Shown here: positions 53,842 to 64,000 of the stretch, one piece after another
Numbering within the stretch: position 1 is the stretch's first letter
Layout: each line of letters opens with the position of its first letter
From: Leptogorgia sarmentosa
Lineage: Eukaryota
Assembly (NCBI GenBank): GCA_964658305.1
Contig: OZ210884.1
Span: forward strand, 7,564,001-7,628,000
Length of the DNA stretch: 64,000 nucleotides
Direction: 5' to 3'
The notes under the pieces: model-generated
The model's input: the letters and a program-made list of their open reading frames with translations, nothing else
What the model was told of the DNA's origin: nothing
The model's database searches: none
Program-made: the position numbers and the translations under genes

Positions 53842-54661
53842 CTGCTATATTTCCCTTTTCAACCAAGTTCAACTTTTTCATCATCTGCTCTACATTCTCT
53901 ATTTTCTCCGCTTGTTTTTCCATTGAATTCTCTATTTTCTCCGTTTGTTCTTCCATTGAATTCTTTTGTTTTTCTGTCCATTCTTCAATAGAAGATAATT
54001 TCTGCTCAATATTCTCGTGAAACATACTGATAGCTTGTAACTCCTTTATACGACATTCCTCCAGTTTCAGAACTTTCTTTGTAGGAAAATCATCTTCGTT
54101 CATTTGACCGATAACGTCAACAAAACTGGTATTAATCTTCATTGCCGTTAAAGCGTTGATTACTAGCTGTACATAAATATCAAAGTCAGTTTTAACTATT
54201 TCTGGTTTTGGTGAATGGCAAAGTTTGTTTCTCAGTAATCGCAGTTGATCAATTGCCAAAGCGTAGGTTTCATCATGATTTCCTGTTGAGCTTTGAACTG
54301 AAGAATGAAAAGAACCTGGAACTGGCTTCACTTTCTTCAAATATAAATCGTTCAATGTTGAACCTTTCCTACTCGGAGCACCAAATGTTTTGGCAAAGAT
54401 TGTTGCTTTAAACAAAGCTGTACAGTCCCATTCTTTAATTGATTTCCCTGTTGGTATATCAGTTTTTCCACCTTCAGATGCGAGAAGCAATTTTCGTACT
54501 GTAATGCTGTCATCCCAGGGAATGAATCCTGGTTTCATCGAAACTTTACTGTCCCACATGGTGACAAAAATGTCACGCAACACCTTGGGAAACTCATCGA
54601 GAACAAGTGTAGAAAACTTAAAGAAATTCAATTGTTCCTTAGAAAATGGTTTTGCTGCCAT
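53842..54661 (-). CDS. HEPN-STAND-TPR gene 5, exon 1 (HEPN plus the longest coiled coil)
   Basis: ATG at 54661, RNKLCH motif, an extra 11-aa linker repeat and a phase-1 donor. Confidence 0.88.
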
Positions 54662-57600
54662 TGCGCGTGAGTGTAAAATCTAGACCATTTTTCTTCTTCT
54701 AGTTGTAGGAACTACATAAATCTACAAAAGCAATTAAAATATGTGGAAAATATTTGTTCAGTAACGGTATGAAAACATGCGGTACCTCTTACAACATGAA
54801 AATGAGTGGATTGTCTAAGCAATTTACCGAATTGAAGAAGAATAGAGATAAATATATTTGCAACTGGAATATCAGCAATTTTTTAACCATTGCATTTCCT
54901 TTCTTGTATCTTTAATTTGAATTCTTGCAAAATTTAATGAAAACCTTGCACGTTTCACAACTATGAAAACTTAGATTTTTTAGTTAATGCTGTTTCATGA
55001 TTGTTAGTTAAAGGCTAAGCTGGCTAGTTAATAGGAATGTTCTGTTCTTCTACGAAATTTATCGTAGTGCCAATTATTCCTAAACAGGCTTGCTGCAGGA
55101 AATTCACTCTTTAATGTTTAAATGGGCTACATTGGGCATCAAAAAGTGTACAGTTGAAAAATATTCGCTAAACTATGAAGCACGCGCAGCCAAGACAACT
55201 AAGAAACACCCTCTGTTGTATACCACTAAAATTAGTTTCAAAACTATATAATTATGTTTTTTAAAGCAGAAAAAGTGTTGCTGAAGGATATTTAGAAATG
55301 CATTACCCACAAAATTTAGTCTTTATTCACCCAATTTGTTAATCGGGTAAAAATATGGAATATGTTGTACTCGCTAAGAGACAATTTTGGTGCAGCCTGA
55401 GACGAAATTGCGACGTCCAAAACTTGATCCTCAAGAATTAGCTGGCCGGAATTTTGCATTGTAATTTATGCAACTAATCCAAGCATCTGAGCATCAGAGC
55501 ATGTATAAATATCATTGAACTAAAATATACATTAACCCGCTGCGATTTTTCCAGCACGATTCGCATTTGGATTTGATATATGAAAAGTATCGCAGACGCT
55601 ACCGCAAATTTCTTTTCCGTGCGCAATGGAAAACATCCAAAGGAAGCACTAAACCATGATTTGGAATGTGGCTTCTTCACTCGTACTCACTCGCCGATTG
55701 ACGTGTTATTCATGCCAAACTAATCGTAGCGTGTAAACGTATCTTTGAAGCATTTTGGTGTTATTTTCCGCTGCCTGCCCTGGTTACGTATTGAAGATAG
55801 TTATAATTCTCAGATGGTCACTGAGAATTCGTGAACAAATGTATTACAACATTTTTTAAACCATATACGCTCTAGCCTTCAGCTCGGTTTCTATGTTAGC
55901 ATATCATCATTCATATATTAAACTAGCATACAGTTACAACCTTTCAGTCCGGTAAATATGTTATTTTATTCTTACCTTTCGATACTCAGTAGATAATCTA
56001 ATACACCCAAACCGGTCTTGTTCAAGACAAGTAATAAAGATGCATTAAACTTGCTGCCAAAATGAGAATATAATGTCTACACTGGGAAAACTCTGGTGGC
56101 TCGGAGCGAGGCGGAAGCTAGTATGATTGAAAAATTTTCGTCTTTGCAAAGGCTTATGGGTCTAGAATAGAATCTCACTATCTCGAACTGAAAGCCAGCT
56201 GTTCCCTTGAAACTCATAGTACATTTATATCAACCCTCGCTATGTCGAACTCCCGCCATCTCGAACTCGAACAAATTTTCGTTGCCCTTACCGGATTCTA
56301 CTCTAAACAATTGTATGGAAATAGTACCCAGGAACAAGTGGATGAATGGATGCACGTGTATATGGCTGATGTTTTTGCGAACATTTTGCAATGGTCAAAT
56401 TCCGAAAACAGGCCGCCATCTCAATTACTTTTGACGTTATATTTTCGATGAACAACCGCGAAATTTGGAACTGGGGAATTTACATACTAAGAAAGTCAAA
56501 TTCATTTGAAATGTCTTAAGTGATTTTTTGTGTCGTAACTAACGAACTTTTCACGTCCCGAATTTTAAATGTGGAAATCTAGCTATAGCTGTTTATGGAG
56601 AAATCGAAACAGTGCGATTATTGATTGCGTTAAACTGGTTTTTTTGAATGTTTGCATGATAGATAAAATGAAGAAACAGTAACAAAGGTAGCGTGTGCGA
56701 AGGGCTGTACGACGGGACTATAAAACCGTTTCAAGTCTGCAGCTCCCTAATAATTTCTAGAGTTGAGATATAAAAGGGGCACGAAAACTCTACGTTGCGG
56801 CCAGGGTAATTCTGGGTAAATGTTTCATTTTGCGCGCCCTGGCGCGTCTTAGGTTTATAATTGAAATCCAGTTTATTAGGCAGCTATAGGGCCTATACAT
56901 ACAACTAAGAAGAAGACAATACCAACAACATGAGAACGACGATTTTGTTGGGAATTCGTCGTAAAACAAGGTTATAACTAATATTAAATATTATAGTGTT
57001 ATTAATATATTAAGTTAATAATTTTGATATTTGATGTTATTGTCGTTTCTCGGAATATTATTAAAAGTTTAACATTTGTTCAGAAAGAGAAATGTCAGTC
57101 ACCATTTAAGCAGCAGTATAGGATATACTGCCAGCATCGACAACCACGCGTGCAAAGTATTTGCGTCTTGCTCTCGGATTCGTTTTAGCAATCACCACAT
57201 CACCGAACGCTGATCTTCAGGTGACTTTTGGTCGCGATCTTGTCCCCAATGTCGAGAGGTAATGTTGAGTTTCTCTGCCACAGCCACAAAAGGTTGCAAC
57301 AATAACGACATCACATGTTTACCAACAATATTGGATTTCTTTTGATGGCCATGAGTAAGATTAGTTTCACTTTCACCAAATATTGGTCGTCAGTTTTATG
57401 CGGGAAATTTGTTTTTCACGCGGGGCTGGAATATATATAAGATTATAAAAGAATCCAGTTTAGAAAAAATGAAAAAATTATCAAAACAAAAATCAATTGG
57501 GCAGTTGTAAAGTCATCATTCATCATGTGACTTAAGGTTTTGTTTTGAACTGCAAAGTTTGTAAAATACGAACACCTACTGAAAATCTAACAGCGTTATA

Positions 57601-58288
57601 GTTTGCAATATGCTTCTTAGTGGATATAAACCACAGTCTCAATTCAGAAGAATTCTAGACTGCTGAATTTAGACAATTTCTAAATTTGCCGGAGAGCCCG
57701 CCTCTCTGCTCTCTGTTATATGAGCAGAGTAGATGCGCATATTGGACCCGACTTTCACTTCAACAATCCCGATACTTATTCTTTAAACCTGACCAGAAAA
57801 CCTAGCTAAGTTCCAACTGTTTTGGCACAAATCTTAGTGATTATGGTGACACGCACCCTACGCACTCACATCCAAATCCGTTTGAAGCGCATCATCAGCA
57901 TCAACAGTAATTCAGTGTTTTAGAGATCAGTAAAGATCTGAATATAAAACTGGACTACAGTGGACTGCTGTCGCAAAGGTGATTGGGAAATTTTGACCCG
58001 AAGCTCGAAGCTAAGCAGTTTTGTAGTGGTGCGTAGTATTAAGCGATCAAGTGTGTTTTTCATTGATTATTCTCTCTTAAATACTGAGATATTGTTAAGT
58101 ATACAAGACCAGTGAATAATGTGATGCGACGGCAAACAAGACGGTCTGAGTGTTTTGTGTGTGTTTAGATTTTTCTGGCTGATCGCAGCTGACATGTTGC
58201 TTCCTCGAAATATGCATGCACCGTGAGTTGGCGTAAATATCTGTGATTTCAGCAAGACATCTCGCTCGCTTCACACGAATTTTGAAGC

Positions 58289-58525
58289 ATGTATTGCACA
58301 GACGTAATGTCGACTATTCACGAGAATAGTACAGATATGAATGACGATCAAGCTGACGAGGGAAACTTTGAACAACTTATGGTTAATATGCTTGATGAGC
58401 GTGACAAGCTTATGGAATCGTTGCGAGAAACACAAGAAACAGTTGCTTTAACGAAAGCTAAACTCAGTGAAGCCAACAGCGAGAAGGAAGGACTTGTGCG
58501 TCGCTTAGAAATCATTTTAGCCGAG
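58289..58525 (+). CDS. PPFIA: Liprin-alpha, coding exon 1
   Basis: MYCTDVMSTIHE..NFEQLMVNMLDERDKLMESLRETQE matches the recognisable liprin-alpha N-terminus (FEQLMVxMLxERDxLxxxLRETQE). Donor GAG|GTATAT, phase 0. Confidence 0.93.
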
Positions 58526-59018
58526 GTATATGTTTAATTCGTGTTGTATAAATCATTGTAAACATTAGCCATACATCCATCGTTAGTTCTCGCTTAGCAT
58601 ATTTCATTGATTTCTCTTGTATTGACATTAGTTAAGTAAATTGTTCAAAGACATGTTCATGTTTTACTTGTCTGTGTTGTTTAGTTTATTTACAACACAA
58701 TTCCAGTTGACCAATACATATTTTAAACGCGAAGCAAATCATTCTAATTGGGAATGCGAAGACGTGTTTTAATAAACTCGTCATTTCTATAGTTTATGGC
58801 GTATTTAAGCGCTCACTAAATACGTTGTTAATCAAATATAAAACACATTAAGCAGCCGTAGACTTTGTAATTATCCTCGACCATTTGTTGTCGTGAAATT
58901 TGCTTGTCTAAAACGCTTGTGTGACACAGTATGAAGGAGCGATTCTTGAGATTTTTTATTGTGTGTAGCGTGATTAATATTTCCTACTTTAAAATATCTT
59001 TGTTTCGTGTTCGTGTAG

Positions 59019-59129
59019 GCCGATGAGGAGACGTTGGAAAAACTTGCTGGCATAGATGGAGTCAACTATGACGGCGAGTTCAAAAGACGTGAAGGCAAAC
59101 GAGCATCGCACGTCAAAGTATTGTCAGAG
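59019..59129 (+). CDS. PPFIA: Liprin-alpha, probable coding exon 2 (37 aa, phase 0-0)
   Basis: tcgtgtAG|GCC ... GAG|GTTAGA. Open frame ADEETLEKLAGIDGVNYDGEFKRREGKRASHVKVLSE, richer in GC and purines than its flanks. Confidence 0.7.
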
Positions 59130-62100
59130 GTTAGATAATGTTTGCTATCTCTTCACTCAAAACACTCAAGCATTTCCTAAAATCCCAGGCAATTCAGTTT
59201 AAACATTCCCATTACATAGTTTCCTTCCAGTCGGTCGTACATATAACCATCTATTCATCACCTAATGTACAATTTGACATCTTATTTCATTCAAGCCCTC
59301 GCAATAATTCATCATAGTTTTCAAACAGGTTAATAGGCGATCTTTGTGAGGTGTCGATTAAACTTTAATCCAAAATTGTTTCCAGCAAGCCACTGTTGTG
59401 ATTTTGATCTTGTCTTTTGCGCTTAATGCACAGTTGGGTACGAAATCAAATCTTACTTCGTTTATTTCCTCAAAGGTTTAGTCTTACATGTTTGCAATTC
59501 ACAAAGCATTATATACGTTGAAAATGTATATATTTCGCAGTTTTTTCGTCATATTTCAATGGGATATTACTTGTTTAAATATTCCATGCTGAGCATTGGC
59601 GCTAATCATTATACAACTGTAAAATACAGTGTCTGCATGATTGGTTCTGCTCCTATTTTGAAATATTTGAACAGCATGTGGGGTGGTATAATTATTAAAT
59701 TGGCTTATTCCAGAGTCATCCTTTACAGCATATATCAGTGATTAAATCTTCTGGAGAGATAATCCTTTGCCAAAGAGGGAAAAAGTTGAGAATTTGTTTA
59801 CAACGTTTGAAGTATTCAAGGAATTCAATAATTTTTTCCTGTCAAAACGTTCTATTATAGCCTGCCTGGCCACTTATCAGATCTTAAATCAATATAAAGA
59901 AAACAATTTTGGTTGGAATATGAACCATTATACAAGCACACAGTCTTTCTACAAATAACACAATCCGCTCAACATTATCTCAACAATAGCTCAACAATAG
60001 CAGGGAAGTGTTGTCACAGGAGTGACCAGTGCAAGACACACTCCTAAGCTGCAGTGATAAAAAAGTAAAACAATACACATAACAATGAATATTTCAATAG
60101 TTTTATATTTTGGAAAATCTGGAAACTTCTCTCAATAGATTCACAAGGGAAAAACTATGTTTTTCAAACCTGTAAGATTTGCAGGCCTCGATAAACTTTG
60201 AAATGGGTTAAATTGAGTTAATTCCATGCTCATTACATCTCATGCCACAATGCACCCAACAGGTGTATTTCTGTATGTCAGACAATTTCATGGTGGGGGG
60301 AATCATTGCTGTCGAATGGGTTTGTTATTACATATGTACATATGAATAAACTGACAAATTTTCTGTAGTTACCTATTCAACTATTCATATGTGCTCACTG
60401 TTTAATGTCATTTGATTATTCTTATCAAAAGAGTCCTGCCACTTATTTTGTTAAAACAATTTAGAAAATTAATTGCATGTAATAAGCCGAACCATGTGAA
60501 ATACTGTATTGCATTTGCAATAGACTGGTTTAATAAGGGTAAAATTGGTAAACATCCATTCCTCTATTGAGAATGCTTAAATTGCATCATTGACACGGCA
60601 ATTTGAGCACATTTTGATTTTTAAATATCTGCAGCATTGATTTGACTTCCTCTCAAACTCAACTGTCAGTAACGTTTGTGCTCTTTTCCAATATGTGTAT
60701 GATACGTATATGTTGTTTTATAGACAAAATCTATCAGCAACATGATCTTGGTTCTCTCAATGTAAACATTGCCCTTCCTTGTAACCTTGTTCAAACATCC
60801 TCCATACAATTCTTGAAATTCTTGTTGAGTTTCAATTTCTGAATATAAAACAGCGTCGTTTTCCTAGCCTGCAGCATTAAAAGCTAAAAATCCATGTAGG
60901 AAAATATTAAAGCAAAAAACTTACTGTTTGCACAAAATCTAATGTACAACTGGACGGCCGCATTTTTCACAAATTAGCTGTCACTGCAAAACAGTTTACA
61001 CTCCCTGCAGTAATTCACGACATTCAAGTTCTTTTGGAACAATAATAATTGCCCAGGTACCCTTAAATGTCGACACATTTAATTTTATAAAAAAACGTCA
61101 CGCCTATACCATGGCATATAACATGCGAAAATATGTATGTGCAGTTAATCCCACTAACTCGGATAGCCTAGGGGAACGAAAATAATTTCGAGCTAGCATT
61201 TTATAACATAACAAGATTGGGTAAAATGCAAACGTAGCCGACAAAATATCAAAATATAAAAGAGTTATGGAGTGAGACGATAAACACTCAATTTTAGCTT
61301 GAGGCCAGACACATGCACTTTTTTGTATTGGGCGACAGTCCACACTAATACGGAATGTCGGAAAGTTTAAATATATTACACGTATCAATCAGTTACTCTT
61401 TTTTACCTTATGTAGCTGCATCACAACTAGTATAGAAAAGGGTATATAAACTAAACTAGCTAATAAGGATAATATAAAAGCGATAACACATTTCGAAAAG
61501 TAGTAACTGTTGTGTTGTATTCTATTTATTATTCTATATGCTTCTATTTATATACATGATACTTCATATGTTACTATTAATATCAACCCTGTTCAGTTAT
61601 TTACAAATCCCACTACAGTAACGATTTTACTGCGTTATACAAAATTATACAAAATTCACATGATTGTAGTTTACACATTTTACGATAGTTTGCAACCAAA
61701 CGTCACAATTATACTCAATTCAGGAAGTTCTTCACAGCTGTGATAATGATTAATAGCTAATGAATTTTCCAAATTCAAAATTTGTCCAATTGGAGAATCG
61801 TCCGATTGATGACCCGGGCGACCCACTGAAGGCCACTATAAGAGGCAAAAAACTACCTCAAAGTAAATAAGAGGCTTATGTGTAGGAATATTTGCAGATC
61901 TCTTGGGAAACATGCATTTAGAATTTTTTAATGCTACCATGGAAATATTATACATGCACTTGAAGATTTCTGATGCATTTTCTTCCTAAGAATTTCAACG
62001 TCTCATAACACATTGTCGTCACTATTTGTTGATAATTGTAATAGAAACATATCACAAAATTTGGATTTTTTCCGGATGTCTCGTTAATGATGTAGTATGA

Positions 62101-62515
62101 CCGTCTAAGGACACTTCTCAAATTCCACACAGCTGGAAATGAATTCAATTTATTTTCAAAGATAACATTGTCAATGATCGTTTGTTGTCGTTCGTAACTA
62201 TATAAGATAGTATTTTGATAGCACTTGAAATAAAAATGTAGAATATCTTGACACTTTGCGTGTGGTAAGAATATTGAGGAGGGAGTGTTAATCTTATTTT
62301 ACTATTGTTCAGATTTCAGCGGTTTTTCCCACAGGTATTAAAAGGTTGTTTTTTTGACCTGGCTTGTTTGGGTGACATTAAATACTGAAAGATCGTCTAA
62401 CACGCATTCACCAGTTAAATGATGTCTCATTTTTGAGTGGAAATTGCGCACATGTCGAAATTTCCGTGTTGATTAGAAAAATAATCAACTACGTATAAAT
62501 ACAATGAGGTCAATT

Positions 62516-62907
62516 TAATCGAACTTTCCCCTTTTAGAAGAACTTTTGAAGTAGGAAATTTCATTAGCACAGTTAGAAAGAGCATCATAAATTTAGTAAA
62601 ACTGCGAAGTTTGGTTACAAAATATTGTAAAAGTTGTGAAATACAGGCATTTAAAGTTTGCGAATTTTGTTTACTTTTGTATTACGCGCGGCAAAGTTAT
62701 ATAATCACATTTGAAATCTGATTATCACATTGCTGTGCGTGATACAAAAGTATACAAAATTCGCAAACTTGAAATGACTGTACTTTCCATATTTTACGTT
62801 ATTTTGTAACCAAACTTCACAATTTCACTAGATGATGTTTTGCAGCTCTGGGGTCGTAATGAATTTTTCAAAATCGAAAGTTTGACTAAGAGAGGAAACG
62901 GTTCCAT
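62516..62907. mobile_element. Foldback MITE (~390 bp) in a liprin-alpha intron
   Basis: Long imperfect inverted arms, e.g. gaagtttggttacaaaata / tattttgtaaccaaacttc and aagtttgcgaattttg / caaaattcgcaaactt. A fragment resembling the right arm lies at ~61758-61808. Ends are approximate. Confidence 0.7.
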
Positions 62908-63502
62908 GAGCCACACGTATAGGTTCGGTTCGTGCTGGAGGAATTTTTAGTTGTTAATTTTCTCAACCATTTCCGGGTGCATGAAATTTCGACATGTATA
63001 TAATTTCCACTTAATACTATATGGCACATCATTTAACTGGTGAATGTTAAACGATCTTCGGTATTTATAATGTCACCTAAACGAGACATTATAAAAAAAC
63101 AACCCTTTAGTGCACACATTGAACCCAATAGAGTTAGGGATGTTAGGGTTGGTGGTTTATATGGCAACAGTCATCATTTCATGCAAAGTTGTATCTACGT
63201 ATATTTGCAGTCTCTAAACAAATGGAAATGTATTGTACCTATTTCTATTCGAAGGTGGACGAAATTTAAAGCTGATCATTGTAAAGTCCGGATCCGTAAT
63301 GTAAACAAACGCTTTGTCTACACTTCGTATTGCGAAACCCTAACACTAAACACTAACCCTAACACTTGCCATTGTTGATCTACCTGTTTTTTTAATCTTC
63401 GCATTATTTCTTAAAGCACACATCTTTGGAGGATGTAATGCAACACTTGGGGTGGGGGATGCTGATGGTTTTTTATTAATAAAAAGCATTTCTTGTTAAA
63501 AG

Positions 63503-63604
63503 GAGTTTTGTGCAATGGTGAAAGAACTGAACTATGCTAGAGAACAACTGCTGGAGAAAGATGAGGAAATCATTGAATTGAAATCGGAAAGAAATAATAT
63601 AAAA
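63503..63604 (+). CDS. PPFIA: Liprin-alpha, coding exon 3
   Basis: [47 protein letters not shown] matches liprin-alpha EFAALTKELNxCREQLLExEEEIxELKAERNNTR. Confidence 0.93.
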
Positions 63605-63928
63605 GTAAGGAAATTTCCTTTTATGTTTTTCTAAATAGTCAACTTATGTTCTTCTAAATAGCTGCATGCACTAGCTGGAAAAACTCTCCTTGCTTTGATA
63701 GAGAGCAGTCTCGAAGTGTTTATTTTCAGTTTGATTCACAGTAAAAAATTTTAAACTATACATGAACGTCATGAAAATACGTATAAGAAACGCAAGAATT
63801 GGTATTTTGTTTATATACTTGCACGTACATATGTGCATGTTGTTGCTGTTGTGGTTGGTGGTGGTGTTTTGGGCATTTTTAGTGGGATACACCATTCTTA
63901 AAATAAATTACAAGTGCGTTTCTTTTAG

Positions 63929-64000
63929 TTATTATTGGAGCACTTGGAATGTCTTGTGTCAAGACACGAGCGGTCTTTGAGAATGACAGTGGTGAGACGC
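63929..64000 (+). CDS. PPFIA: Liprin-alpha, coding exon 4 (runs off the window)
   Basis: tcttttAG|TTA. LLLEHLECLVSRHERSLRMTVVRR is the highly conserved liprin-alpha motif. Confidence 0.95.

Larger units (their letters stand above)
1049..56360. repeat. Tandem segmental array of ~9.5-10 kb units (five genes, six spacer copies)
   Basis: The landmark ttaacccgctgcga recurs at ~1049, 16585, 26633, 36426, 46057 and 55532, with colinear spacer and gene sequence between. The first period is lengthened by insertions. Similarity stops near 56360. Confidence 0.95.

Noticed and set aside
1049..56360. Array as a pure assembly artefact or a CRISPR-like repeat
   Set aside because: The units differ by many substitutions and by private insertions with clean TSDs. 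There is no short repeat-spacer periodicity.
63133..63365. Telomere-like TTAGGG/CCCTAA motifs in opposite orientation
   Set aside because: Only 2-3 degenerate units inside an intron; insufficient for an interstitial telomere or a definable element.

Overview
AT-rich eukaryotic (metazoan) genomic DNA with spliceosomal introns. An anthozoan cnidarian origin is my inference from the protein families and repeat types. About 1.05-56.4 kb is a head-to-tail tandem array of ~9.5-10 kb units. It carries five minus-strand, two-exon genes for ~1420-1445 aa NLR-like proteins. Exon 1 encodes a DZIP3/hRUL138-like HEPN domain with an intact R-x4-H motif (RNKLCH) plus a length-variable coiled-coil linker. 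Exon 2 encodes an NB-ARC-type STAND ATPase, a winged helix, a helical region and TPRs. Four copies are intact and the middle copy is a pseudogene (nonsense plus frameshift). The paralogs are patchwork mosaics with hypervariable TPR positions. The shared spacer allows filled-versus-empty-site mapping of copy-specific insertions: a TTAA/THAP (Kolobok-like) element end, a Helitron2-like element, a three-level nest (TTAA MITE > non-coding LTR element with asymmetric LTR ends > Harbinger MITE), another Harbinger MITE, a SINE fragment and a micro-inversion. The right end holds the first four coding exons of a plus-strand liprin-alpha (PPFIA) gene, head-to-head with the array. All calls are by eye; no database searches were run.
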